DNA from: Nitrososphaeria archaeon
GTDB taxonomy: Archaea > Thermoproteota > Nitrososphaeria > JACIWG01
Direction: 5' to 3'
Length of the DNA: 64,000 bases
Assembly (NCBI GenBank): GCA_050011875.1
Contig: JBEKIG010000010.1
Span: 1 to 64,000, forward strand
Shown here: positions 18,680 to 28,542 of the stretch, one piece after another
Numbering within the stretch: position 1 is the first letter of the stretch
Layout of the letters: each line of letters opens with the position of its first letter
The notes under the pieces: model-generated
Seen by the model: the letters and a program-made list of their open reading frames with translations, nothing else
What the model was told of the DNA's origin: nothing
Database searches by the model: none
Position numbers and translations under genes: made by a program

Positions 18680-19711
18680 TAGAATGCCAACTAAAAAACT
18701 TACTATAGATGAAGTACTTGTAATAGCCGAAAATAATCACAAGAAATTCGATGCTATTCGTGATTTTTTTTCTGATTCATGGTTCCAAAGTCAAATTACA
18801 AATTCAAAAAACACAGGTGTTATTTCTCATGATTTAATTTATCTTTTGGAAAAATCACAATTCGATGAGAAGCTAGTTAAAAAACTTGAAGACGAAATAA
18901 CCAAAGGCTTGGCAGACATTAAGACTCTAATAACTTAGAAAAGGAAGCAGAGTTAGCTGATCAAATCAGTTCCAAATTTTTGTATTATGATTTTCTATGT
19001 AAACCTACACTCGTTTCTCATAATTTAGAAGAAAATTTAAAAATTTTATCGTCAAAAGACAACGTTAAAAGCCTTATTAAGAAAGCAAAAAATTCGCCAC
19101 AATTTTGGGACACTCTTTCTGAAATCGAAATTTTGGCACTTTTTGAAAGAAATAAAATATTAGAAGAAATTGAACCTGAAATAGATGGGAAAACACCTGA
19201 CGGCACTATTAACCTTAATGGGAATATATTTTCTCTTGAAATATTCACTCCAACTATTTCCTCCAAATTGGATGGTCTCCTGGGTTTGGATAAAGTTGTT
19301 CATTTAAATAATCGGTTAAAAGGAGCAACTGGCAAGTTAGCTGAAAAAATTGAACAGATACCATCTTCAATTCCCACAATATTTGTTATTAATGGATCTT
19401 ATTCGGAACTTGATTTTTTTGACTTAGATGAAGCCGTTGATGGCACGATTCTTTTACAGCTTAGCTTTAATACGGAAACGGGTAAAGTAGTAAATGAAAA
19501 TAATATCCATAAGGATGACGGTTTGATATCGATACCAGATAGTAATTTAATTAGTAGTGTTATTATGTATAAGAGGACTATCGAAATTGGTTTGAAACTT
19601 ATCACACAATTCATAATAAATAACTTTAATGCAGCATCTGTTTCATTAAATGGAATAGATAATAAGTTATTAAATGAAATCTTTAATGGATTTTATTTTT
19701 CACTACATTAG
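18669..19711 (+). pseudogene. PD-(D/E)xK-fold protein split by a frameshift near 18920
   Basis: The second frame is open from ~18922 and contains SEIEI...EPEIDGKTPDG......FSLEIFTP; the first ORF ends at 18938. Confidence 0.6.
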
Positions 19712-20305
19712 ATCTTCCTTTGTAAAATTGACTGAATGGCACGGTTATGGCTTGAGGTCAGATGAGTATTACAGTCTCCGAAATACTTTTTCATGTCTTA
19801 CGGAAGGTGTTCAAGAAAATTTTCATTGGTTCTTCTAATGTGTTGGCAGCCTTATTATGGCCTCGTCCGTTGGCAGTTCTCTTACATATTCCCATCCCTG
19901 CAGTATCCAGTTCCTAACTTCACTGACGGGAACAATTCTCTGGCGTGAATTACCATTCAGTCCAAGGGTGATATCGTTGGGAATCTTATACTTAAGAAAA
20001 GATTTGGATGTGATTCAGAATAAGACCTAAGACTTTTTTTCTGTCATTATCTATATATTTTTTTCAGATCTACTAATGATGATATTAAATGTCTCAACGC
20101 TAATCCAAATTCTTTTTTCAGACAACGTATGCAGTTCTGTGTGAAGGTCTTTTGATTAAGTACATGATTCTCTGATGGACTTATAAACTAACCAGATGTC
20201 TAAACGAGTTAGAGAACAGAAAAATAATCACACAACGTTTAGAATTCGATGTCTCATATACTACCCAGCATTGTTTATATCCCTCCTAAGAACTCCTAGT
20301 ATTAG

Positions 20306-21088
20306 GTGTTACTGATGGTCATTATTGGAATAGTTGGAAGCCCTAGAAAGAAAATGAGGACTGATATATTAGTCGACGCTGCATTAGATGGAGCTAAATC
20401 AAGGGACGTTAAAACAGAGAAGATATACCTCGTGGACTACAAGATAAGAACATTCACCGGCCAAGGAGATTCAGAAGAGGCTTTCAAGTACTCTCCAGAG
20501 GATTTGAATAAGCTCTGCGAGGAGGCAGATGCAATAGTCCTTGGCGCCCCAGTCTACTGGGGAGACATAAACGGTTTGACGAAAGATTTCATGGACACGG
20601 TCAGACTTAGAATTCCTAACGCAAACGGGAAGCCTGCTCTAGGAATATCTATCGCCGGAGGAACTGGTAAAGGCCTACTCTCCGGAATTCAGTCAATATA
20701 CCACTTCTTCTTTCATAAGCAAATGCGGGGAATCGACCCGACACCCGTCTCACGATTCAACCTACAGGAGGCGCAGAAGGAATTAAGGAAGAGTGGAGCC
20801 AGACTAGCTGACCTCTCAAAGGAGAAGAAACCCTTCACAGGGGAGACGGCTGATGACCGCTGGCCTGAGGTCTTAGCCTACTATTCTTCTCTGCCATATC
20901 TTAACTGTGACCCCCTCGACGAATTCATCATGCTTGCTGGTCAGCTTATCAAGATTTCTAAGGCAGACAAAGTTGAAAAGGCGAAGGCGGAGTTTGAAAA
21001 GGCAACCACCTTAATAGATGAGGGCAAGAGGGCTGAGGCAGCAAGACATGCGGTGAAATCCTATCAAATCCTTTACTTCCCTCCCTAA
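20306..21088 (+). CDS. Flavodoxin-fold NADPH-dependent FMN reductase family protein
   Basis: IIGIVGSPRK..T, ADAIVLGAPVYWG..GLTKDFMD, GKPA motifs. Confidence 0.88.
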   Translation: MLLMVIIGIVGSPRKKMRTDILVDAALDGAKSRDVKTEKIYLVDYKIRTFTGQGDSEEAFKYSPEDLNKLCEEADAIVLGAPVYWGDINGLTKDFMDTVRLRIPNANGKPALGISIAGGTGKGLLSGIQSIYHFFFHKQMRGIDPTPVSRFNLQEAQKELRKSGARLADLSKEKKPFTGETADDRWPEVLAYYSSLPYLNCDPLDEFIMLAGQLIKISKADKVEKAKAEFEKATTLIDEGKRAEAARHAVKSYQILYFPP

Positions 21089-21442
21089 CAGAGACTAATA
21101 CAGCATCACCTTCTATCATAGAAACGGTCAATACTATGTAGAATCCGAAATAGCCAGATAAGAAACCTACAACTATATGAACTCACCGAAATAAAAAAGA
21201 TATAAAATCAATCCAAAGATCCAAGATAAACTATTCAAATCTTTGAGATCTAAAATCTGTATCAGATTTGCTAGGTAAGGGTCTTAATCTTAGACTTGCC
21301 CTGTCCTTGGCTACCGACTTTCGAATGACATCACACGCGGTCTATGTTAGTGGACTAGCTTAAGTGTGGGCTTGTGTGAATGTTGGGTTCGAATATGGAA
21401 TTTCATCAGGTCGCCTCCACGCGATTTAAATTGCAGGCTTCT

Positions 21443-21910
21443 CTATGGAGGTAGCTCTTTTCCACAGTAGGCGCAATATTTTGTGTTAGGGGCTACTACA
21501 GCTCTGCCGCAGTTGACGCAGAATCTCTGAGGTAAAGGTTGGACTGCCATCGGCGGTGTCATCGATTCACCTAGGTTTGAGTAGGCAAGAAGGAAGAAGA
21601 TGCCGCCGATTATGGCGCCGAAGAATAGACCTATTATTCCGAGTATTAGGCTGTAGGTGCGCGCCTGGGCATATTTCCCCACTTCAATATTTTTCACCGT
21701 CATCCATGCAAAAATCGTCAGTATTATTCCTGGGATGAACAGCAGCAAGAAGACTATAGCTATCAAGATGGAGGGCAAGGCGATGCTAGGTACATAGACA
21801 AATAAGCCTATGACGAATAAGCCTATGAAACCAGCTGCGGTAGCTAGCAGGTAAAATATGAACCCGATGAAAGCATAAGTTCTGGCACTCCTTAATGTTT
21901 GATTGTTCAA
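21443..21910 (-). CDS. Membrane protein with C-terminal zinc ribbon
   Basis: Three hydrophobic segments; FCVNCG...KYCAYCG. Confidence 0.85.
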   Translation of the reverse strand: MNNQTLRSARTYAFIGFIFYLLATAAGFIGLFVIGLFVYVPSIALPSILIAIVFLLLFIPGIILTIFAWMTVKNIEVGKYAQARTYSLILGIIGLFFGAIIGGIFFLLAYSNLGESMTPPMAVQPLPQRFCVNCGRAVVAPNTKYCAYCGKELPP

Positions 21911-22429
21911 TTAAACCTTATTAAATATGGGTAGAAAGTTATTAAGCTTTCTTGTTCTGTTAACATAACCAATATTCAAAAACTCAGATATATTGTCATT
22001 AATATCGACCTTTTAGATGTTGAATAAATTATTAAAAGAAATGTTTTAATAATAATAATAATTATCCATCTTATGAATAAATGCATTTGGCTTAATTCTA
22101 AATCTTTTTTATTGTCTTGACAATTTCCAGGATTAGTAGCATGATAACATGTATTATTTTTGGCATATTCCTGGAAAAAAGAAGTCAGATTAGTTTTTAA
22201 TTGTAAACCTTTCGTCCCTATTCATGTCGCATCTTTAGAAGGGTGTAAAAATGGAGGCAGAAAGAAGTACCTTTTGCTATCGTTTATCTTTGATTACATT
22301 CATCCATCCATCTCTATTCTATCAGCACATACCAGTATTGTATTCGAAGACACCATACTAAGTAATTATTATAGGAAGCTGTAGCTCTATCTGTTCACTC
22401 TTGTCAAGGTCGATGTTGTAGTATAGGCC

Positions 22430-23104
22430 CTAGGCTACTAAGGTATAGTTGCCTGGTGCTGGTTTAGCAGGGGGAGAACCTGGACCCAGCTGGTTCGGAA
22501 GGTTTGTTCCAGTGTCCCACCAGTAACTTTCGGTCCAGTTAAAACCCTGAACGAAGTTCGGTGGCGGAGGGCCTACAGGGCCTGTAGCGTAAGGACCCCA
22601 CTCCCACCATACTGCGGAACCCTTCGAGTTGAAAATCGTCAAGTTAAACTCGCCTTGCATTTCTAATAGAGAAAGGTGTGAGGTGTTGTTGACATTCTTC
22701 ATCGTGATAAAGTAGACGAAGGTGTCGCCGACCTTAAAGGAGGGGACACATGTCAGGTTAAGTAGGATACCGTTTTCTTCAACCCACACCGAAACCAGCA
22801 CACTTCCAGCTCTTGCGGAGAAATCGCCATCGTATGGGAAACTTGTAGTGAACGGTGTTGTAAGAGGGGTGGTTCGAAAGAACTGGTTCGTAATGTAACG
22901 TGTAACAGTTTCGTTTTCCGTAACGGTTGTTGTCACGTTCGAAAAAGTGGTTGCAGTAGTTGTAAAGGTGGTTGAACTTGTTAAAGTAGTCGAAGTTGGA
23001 CCTCTTACCGATTCAAAAAAGAATAGGGAACCGAAGATTATGGTAAGTACTATAAACGTCACCAACAACACGTTCTTTGCCTTTATAGACGACATCATGA
23101 TCAC
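22430..23104 (-). CDS. Membrane-anchored Thr-rich protein with Ig-like (BsuPI-like) ectodomain; possibly truncated by TAG
   Basis: N-terminal TM, Thr-rich stalk, F.L.I.NSKG..VW.W...W....PGNYTLVA; the frame stays open for 23 more codons to 22358. Confidence 0.7.
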   Translation of the reverse strand: MIMMSSIKAKNVLLVTFIVLTIIFGSLFFFESVRGPTSTTLTSSTTFTTTATTFSNVTTTVTENETVTRYITNQFFRTTPLTTPFTTSFPYDGDFSARAGSVLVSVWVEENGILLNLTCVPSFKVGDTFVYFITMKNVNNTSHLSLLEMQGEFNLTIFNSKGSAVWWEWGPYATGPVGPPPPNFVQGFNWTESYWWDTGTNLPNQLGPGSPPAKPAPGNYTLVA

Positions 23105-23111
23105 ATTTATA

Positions 23112-23654
23112 CTAACCGTACGGCCCTTCTGAGTACGCTATTGTGGCGTTAACGGCGTTTACCCAGAAGTCGTAATTTATACCTGCCTCTGGAAATTTGC
23201 CTGGTGCAACTGTTTTCACATCTGCGTTAATGTCTACGTGCCAATAGTACCCACGTAGTTTTACTGTGGGGTCAGGGATCTTAAGAGATTCGCTCGATTC
23301 CAAATTTAGTATCCTACCCGTACTGGGGTCGACCGTGTATGTGTTAAGCCATCCCCCACTTACGTTGAGGAAATCAAGTTCTGTATAAACTGCATAGGAT
23401 GCCATTTGGGTAGCGTTCCATCCCTTGAAATTCATCACCGCCTTTAACGCTTCATTAGACGAGATTAAGCTGGACACATTCAGCACTGTGGACGGTGTTA
23501 AGGTCACCGTAACAGTGGAGGTAGGTGCGCTTTGGCTCTTTAGCTGCTGAATTTGGTAGAACTCTGAGAATGATAGGGAGCCGAATATTATCGTCAACAC
23601 TGCAAAGGTCACCAACAGTGTGCGTCTTAAATTGGAAGAGGACATCGCAAACAT
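23112..23654 (-). CDS. Membrane-anchored protein with PepSY-like ectodomain
   Basis: Shared N-terminal anchor; ISSNEALKAV...YYWHV...FWVNAVNATI. Confidence 0.65.
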   Translation of the reverse strand: MFAMSSSNLRRTLLVTFAVLTIIFGSLSFSEFYQIQQLKSQSAPTSTVTVTLTPSTVLNVSSLISSNEALKAVMNFKGWNATQMASYAVYTELDFLNVSGGWLNTYTVDPSTGRILNLESSESLKIPDPTVKLRGYYWHVDINADVKTVAPGKFPEAGINYDFWVNAVNATIAYSEGPYG

Positions 23655-23713
23655 TTAGGTGTCAGTTAAGGATGGATATATTGCTACTTTTAGAAAAATA
23701 AGCAGACATGGTG

Positions 23714-23727
23714 TTCTAATTTTAGAA
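23714..23727. promoter_or_regulatory. Single palindromic operator TTCTAA-NN-TTAGAA
   Basis: Exact reverse complement of the unit repeated at 24913-24989; lies upstream of the TATA region of gene 23112-23654. Confidence 0.8.
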
Positions 23728-23820
23728 TTGGGTAAGGCGTCCGGATCTTGTGATTCGCCATAGGACGATACATCCCTTAATTCACTTTTCTCAAATTTAT
23801 TTGAATAAGTTTACATAAAA

Positions 23821-24438
23821 TTATGAGGCTCTCGGCAGAACCGTGACCACCAACGGCTGAACCCAATCAGTTCCTGCCGAATTACCACTTATAGTAACCG
23901 TGTACGTCCCAGGCACAGCATTGGTGAAGTTCCCTATCACAGTTGAGTACCCACCGACAAATATCGGGTTGGTTCCGAAGCTGACTGTGAACCCAGAGCC
24001 AGACGGAACAATAGAAGCCTGCTGAAGCGTTATCGGATCATTCCACGTTGTAGTAACAGTCCCCATGCTGGAAACGTTGTACTTGTATGCAGCGGCAGAA
24101 ACCAAACACAGGATTTTGTTCTCTCCCTGAACTACCTGAACCGAACTTTGTGAAAGGAAAATTGCGAAGTATGATGCAGGTATTATTGTACCAGGAACGG
24201 TGAATTGAGTAGTGTTTGTTGTCAATTCGGTGATGGTGGTAGTAGTAAACAGAGTTTCCGTAGTTACAGTAGTGGAAGTGTTAGTAAGTGTTGCGGTCAC
24301 CGTAGAGGTGGAAGTAGTTATGCTTGAACTCTTCACACGCTGAACTTGAACAAACTCGTAAGCAGAGAGGAAACCAAAGATCAGAGTAAGCACTACAAAC
24401 GTCGCCAACAACATATTTCTTGTCTTCGGAGATGGCAT
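23821..24438 (-). CDS. Membrane-anchored Thr-rich protein with Ig-like ectodomain
   Basis: Shared N-terminal anchor; PGTYTVTISG motif; 4 nt downstream of the regulator gene. Confidence 0.8.
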   Translation of the reverse strand: MPSPKTRNMLLATFVVLTLIFGFLSAYEFVQVQRVKSSSITTSTSTVTATLTNTSTTVTTETLFTTTTITELTTNTTQFTVPGTIIPASYFAIFLSQSSVQVVQGENKILCLVSAAAYKYNVSSMGTVTTTWNDPITLQQASIVPSGSGFTVSFGTNPIFVGGYSTVIGNFTNAVPGTYTVTISGNSAGTDWVQPLVVTVLPRAS

Positions 24439-24442
24439 TATC

Positions 24443-24865
24443 TTACACCTTCTTCAACGCTCTAATCACTTCATACAGTGATGTTGCAACCCCTACCAAG
24501 CACACCACTAAAGCGAAACCATAGGTGGACGTTATCTGAGGCGGCCTCAGATATGTTAACAGAATCAGGAACGCTACAACGAAAAACGCCATGTAAGCAG
24601 TCTGGAAGGGTATGAGCGTCCTCCTCACTCTGACCATGTTCTCGAAGACAACTCTGTCCATGACGTAGCCTTTATCCTGCTCTTTGACGAGCCCAGCTTG
24701 GAGAAGCTTGTTGACGTGGTATGATGCAACGGACGAGGAGCTGAAGCCAAGGCCCTCCTGCACGTCGCTAATACCTACGGGCTTTCCCACCTTGAATATG
24801 AAACGGTAAACTCTGAGAGTTGTACCCCTTAAAATCTTTGCTTCATCTTCTACCCTCTCACTCAA
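24443..24865 (-). CDS. Membrane-anchored winged-helix transcription regulator (wHTH + 2 TM)
   Basis: LRGTTLRVYRFI...VGISDVQEGLGFSSSSVASYHVNKLLQAGLV followed by two hydrophobic helices. Confidence 0.88.
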   Translation of the reverse strand: MSERVEDEAKILRGTTLRVYRFIFKVGKPVGISDVQEGLGFSSSSVASYHVNKLLQAGLVKEQDKGYVMDRVVFENMVRVRRTLIPFQTAYMAFFVVAFLILLTYLRPPQITSTYGFALVVCLVGVATSLYEVIRALKKV

Positions 24866-24912
24866 CGGTTTTCAACCTTACGATAAGCGATAACGTATTA
24901 AGCCTTACTAAA

Positions 24913-24989
24913 TTCTAAAATTAGAAAAACACTTTCTAAAATTAGAAAAACACTTTCTAAAATTAGAAAAACACTTTCTAAAATTAGAA
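24913..24989. repeat. Four palindromic operators TTCTAAAATTAGAA at a 21-bp period
   Basis: Starts at 24913, 24934, 24955 and 24976 with identical AAACACT linkers; lies between divergent genes. Confidence 0.95.
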
Positions 24990-25048
24990 AACTGCGCTTT
25001 CCAGTCTTTCTATTAATAGCAATATATCCAGTTCATAGGTACTGGCTG

Positions 25049-25774
25049 ATGAGCACAATGTCGGAATATAAAAGACAAATAGTTATAGGAGTTTTCGCAG
25101 CTGCTGTAATAGCGTTGGTTCTGGCAGGTGGAGCAATCTACCTTCTTCCACTGCAGCCAGCGCAGACGACTTCCACAACACCCAGTTCTACAAACTCAGT
25201 TGTGGCTTCGCTCACTACAGCTACAAGCACGATTACGTTCTCTCCTACGACTACGTTCACTTCACAGTCAACTTCGTCTGGTACGACGTCTACAACAGCT
25301 ATTACAACTATAACCTCAATACATACTGGACCTACTGTAACTACTGGTTCTACGACTATACAGACCGGACCTACTGTAACTACGACTATACAGACCGGAC
25401 CTACTGTAACTGTTACTGTGACAGAACAAGTTGGTACTGCGACTGCGACCGTAACAACAACGGAGACACAAGGTCAAACGACAACTGTGACAACATTCGC
25501 CACGGTAACCAGTATAGAAAGGCTTGAAATAACGAACGTGACGGACGTTAGCCCAACTCAGGTGGTTGTAAGCGTCATGAACACCGGGAGCACAGACCAG
25601 ATCATTACAGGTATACTAGTAAACGGAGAGTCTTTATCAAGCGTGAACGGAGGCACATCAAACCCAAGCCTACCTATCAAGGTGGCAGCGAATGCATCGC
25701 TAACCATCTATCTAACCTTCAGCTCTCCACTATCATCAAACACAATATATTTTGTAACAATCCAAACCAGTTGA
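25049..25774 (+). CDS. Thr-rich surface protein with C-terminal Ig/pilin-like beta domain
   Basis: N-terminal TM, long Thr stalk, ERLEITNV...VMNTGS....ITGILVNG. Confidence 0.8.
   Translation: MSTMSEYKRQIVIGVFAAAVIALVLAGGAIYLLPLQPAQTTSTTPSSTNSVVASLTTATSTITFSPTTTFTSQSTSSGTTSTTAITTITSIHTGPTVTTGSTTIQTGPTVTTTIQTGPTVTVTVTEQVGTATATVTTTETQGQTTTVTTFATVTSIERLEITNVTDVSPTQVVVSVMNTGSTDQIITGILVNGESLSSVNGGTSNPSLPIKVAANASLTIYLTFSSPLSSNTIYFVTIQTS
25351..25410 (+). repeat. Perfect 30-bp tandem duplication in the Thr-rich stalk
   Basis: TACGACTATACAGACCGGACCTACTGTAAC x2. Confidence 0.95.
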
Positions 25775-25779
25775 TCTAA

Positions 25780-26355
25780 AAGAGTAGTGATAAGATCAAA
25801 CAATCGGTCGATAAAAGCTCCTATAAGATAGCTTTTGTCGCCCTTATAGTTACAGCTGCAGTTGTTGGAAGCCTCATCTACTCCAACGCAACATTATTCA
25901 GAAGTTCAGCGAGCACTTCAACTGTTTCCACAAGCTCGTCAAACACTACATCTACTACTACGACGACTTCATTTATATCAACAACTACAATGATCCGCAC
26001 AGTTACAGCAACGACCACAGTTACAGCAATGATCACATGTTCTCCCGCAGCCACTCAGGAAAATCCACTTATGACCTTCAGAATAAACGTTGAGTACAAT
26101 GGTCCATGGAATGCAACCGCAATCGGCTATTCGAACACCACTGCCAATCAAGCATTTCAAAGGTGCTACTACGGTAATGGAGACGGCTGGATTCTGATCT
26201 CGGACTGGAATCCCTCTGGTGGAGCTATACTCAGCTTGACCGTCCAGAAAGGGGACGCTAGCAGCGGTAACCTTACAGCTATCGGGAATGGTCAGGTAAA
26301 GAGCACTGTTGCCCCCTATGGTGCCGTGACGATCTCGATAACGGCAGTTCCATGA
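25780..26355 (+). CDS. Thr-rich membrane-anchored protein; canonical start codon missing
   Basis: The frame of ORF 25990-26355 is open from 25780 and includes a TM anchor (KIAFVALIVTAAVVGSLIY), but begins AAG AGT AGT. Confidence 0.65.
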   Translation, partial: KSSDKIKQSVDKSSYKIAFVALIVTAAVVGSLIYSNATLFRSSASTSTVSTSSSNTTSTTTTTSFISTTTMIRTVTATTTVTAMITCSPAATQENPLMTFRINVEYNGPWNATAIGYSNTTANQAFQRCYYGNGDGWILISDWNPSGGAILSLTVQKGDASSGNLTAIGNGQVKSTVAPYGAVTISITAVP

Positions 26356-26474
26356 AGCATTAGTGGCTAACCGTGATTTCAATCTTATCAGCAGGTCGCC
26401 ATGGGAATAAAGAAAAGGAATGCAAAGATTATCAGCAAATCTTTAATGTGTATCTATCAGATGGGGTGTTGACT

Positions 26475-26663
26475 ATGCCAGTAGTAATAATTGAGATGTG
26501 GGAAGGAAGAACCGAAGAACAGAAGGAAAAGCTAATGAAAGCGGTCACAAATGCTTTCGAGACAATCGGGATAAAGAAAGGGAGAGTTACCGTCATAATA
26601 CATGACATGCCAAAAAGCAACTGGAGCGTTCAAGGAGAACAAGCGTCAAAGATGAACCTCTAA
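26475..26663 (+). CDS. 4-oxalocrotonate tautomerase family protein
   Basis: M-PVVIIEMWEGRTEEQK...VTVIIHDMPKSNW, with catalytic Pro1. Confidence 0.93.
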   Translation: MPVVIIEMWEGRTEEQKEKLMKAVTNAFETIGIKKGRVTVIIHDMPKSNWSVQGEQASKMNL

Positions 26664-26813
26664 AAATTAAAGTTAACCAAACTATTCAATACGTATGGGA
26701 ATTACTTGTCAGTATAAAATCTGTTAAGACGCATATCTATCTAATATTGATACATATTTAGTGCTTAATTAAGGTCAGAAACCACTGGTCCAGTTTCTAT
26801 TTCAATCCGAGTC

Positions 26814-28259
26814 CTACTTTTTCCCTTGGTCGTACTGCACATACACTACATGGGTCGCCATGAACTCTTCCAACCCATGTTTCCCATCAGCCCCACCAAT
26901 CCCAGACTTACGCCAGCCTGCGTGAAAGCCCTGCATGGCCTCACCGTTTTCACGGTTGACATACGTCTCCCCGAACTTAATTTCCTTGCACGCCCTCATT
27001 GCAACGTCGAGATTCTGGGTGTAGATGGACGAGGTCAAACCATACTCACAATCGTTGGCGAATTCGATCGCTTCATCAAGATCCCGGAATGTGGTGATGG
27101 GTAGGACAGGCCCGAAGATCTCCTTCTGCATTATTGCACTCTTATGGTTGCAGTGCGTCAACACAGTTGGTGGGTAGAAGTAACCCCTACGGTCGACCCG
27201 ATGTCCGCCCGTGATGAGTTTGGCTCCATCTTTCACTGCCTGATGCACCGCACCGTCTACTGACTCAAGCTGCTGTTTGCTGACCAGTGGCCCCATATCC
27301 ACATCGACCCCAGCCAGTGGATCGCCAAACTTGGTCTCCTCCATCGCCTCGGTGACTTTCGATATGAAGGCGTCAGCGACGGACTCTTGCACGTAGACTC
27401 GTTCCGCGCAATTGCAGACTTGCCCCGTGTTAATGATACGCGAATCTCGGATAGCTTTCGCAGCCAAATCTAAATCCGCGTCAGACATTACGATCGCCGG
27501 AGCTTTACCCCCAAGCTCAAGCGAAACCTTAGTGACATTGTTCGCCGCGGCTCGCATCACCTCTATTCCGCCCTCGACGCTGCCAGTCATACTCACCATC
27601 CCGACTTTTGGGTGCCCAGCCAGTGCATTACCGACAATCGCGCCGCGCCCGGACACCAGATTGAATACACCTTCAGGAAGGGACGATTCCGCAACGATTC
27701 GCGCGAACTCGAACGCGTTGTTAGGAGTATTACAGCTCGGCTTGATTACGATGGTATTCCCGGTTACCAACGCAGGAGCCATCTTGCGGGCGATGAGGAA
27801 AAATGGGAAGTTCCAAGGTAGAATCCCAGCTACCACACCGATCGGCAGCTTGAAAAGGAAGATGTTTTCGTTTGAGCGGTCGCTCTGAATAATTTCACCC
27901 TCGTACCTGCGGGCGAACTCGGCCGTATAGTCAATGTAATCTGCCATGGAATTCACTTCGAACCTGGCAAGCGGTAAGATCTTGCCTTGCTCCTCCGAAA
28001 TGGTCCGCGCAAATTCTTCACTGCGTTTCCTGATAACCTGAGCAAGCTCGTGCAAATACTTGGCTCGCTCAATGGCCGGCTTTTTGGCCCATGTCTTTTG
28101 CGCTCTTTCAGCCGCCGTGACGGCTAGGTCGACATCGGCGGCAGCGCCGTCTGGAATCTCAGAAATCACCTTCTCCGTTGAGGGGTTCGTCACCGAGATC
28201 ATTTTACCAGTGGAGTGAGACACGAACTTTCCATCAATAAACATCTGATACCGATTCAT
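26814..28259 (-). CDS. aldA: NAD-dependent aldehyde dehydrogenase, lactaldehyde/glycolaldehyde dehydrogenase type
   Basis: ILPWNFP, LELGGKAP, GQVCNC and EIFGPV motifs; ARRYEGEIIQSDR and QGFHAGWRKSGIGGADGKHG recognised as AldA-like. Confidence 0.9.
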   Translation of the reverse strand: MNRYQMFIDGKFVSHSTGKMISVTNPSTEKVISEIPDGAAADVDLAVTAAERAQKTWAKKPAIERAKYLHELAQVIRKRSEEFARTISEEQGKILPLARFEVNSMADYIDYTAEFARRYEGEIIQSDRSNENIFLFKLPIGVVAGILPWNFPFFLIARKMAPALVTGNTIVIKPSCNTPNNAFEFARIVAESSLPEGVFNLVSGRGAIVGNALAGHPKVGMVSMTGSVEGGIEVMRAAANNVTKVSLELGGKAPAIVMSDADLDLAAKAIRDSRIINTGQVCNCAERVYVQESVADAFISKVTEAMEETKFGDPLAGVDVDMGPLVSKQQLESVDGAVHQAVKDGAKLITGGHRVDRRGYFYPPTVLTHCNHKSAIMQKEIFGPVLPITTFRDLDEAIEFANDCEYGLTSSIYTQNLDVAMRACKEIKFGETYVNRENGEAMQGFHAGWRKSGIGGADGKHGLEEFMATHVVYVQYDQGKK

Positions 28260-28542
28260 TAACTTCTCTTTGGCTCACTTTTATTTATGAGTTTCCATAA
28301 GATAGCTGCGCAGTTGGCTCTTTGAGGTTTCACTCTTTGGATGATGTTATTCTATCCGTAAGACCCATCCTCCTGCTGCATCAATTACGCGTCCATGAAC
28401 CCTCCAAGATTTGACATCTCGTCCAAGTCCTGTGAATATTGCGTTTTGATTTTGCCTTTATAACCGGATTAATTAAAGCTGATCCTATTTTCAATTTCGT
28501 ATTGGAGAAAGGTTTTTATTTTATTTCGGATGTATTCACGTC

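Larger units (their letters stand above)
1..19750. mobile_element. Decaying integrated element / defence island (boundaries approximate; left end may lie outside the window)
   Basis: No housekeeping genes; R-M, several nucleases, ParB-like protein, many pseudogenes, patchy base composition, possible att-like tRNA 3'-end fragment at 209-221. No intact integrase or capsid gene recognised. Confidence 0.7.

Noticed and set aside
22358-22432. Amber (pyrrolysine) readthrough or a BHB intron at the TAG ending ORF 22430-23104
   Set aside because: No pyl genes are in the window, and the local hairpin would give an implausible 7-nt intron; a simple nonsense mutation or a natural end is more parsimonious.
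24913-24989. CRISPR array
   Set aside because: The linkers are identical 7-mers rather than unique spacers, the unit is only 21 bp, and no cas genes are present.
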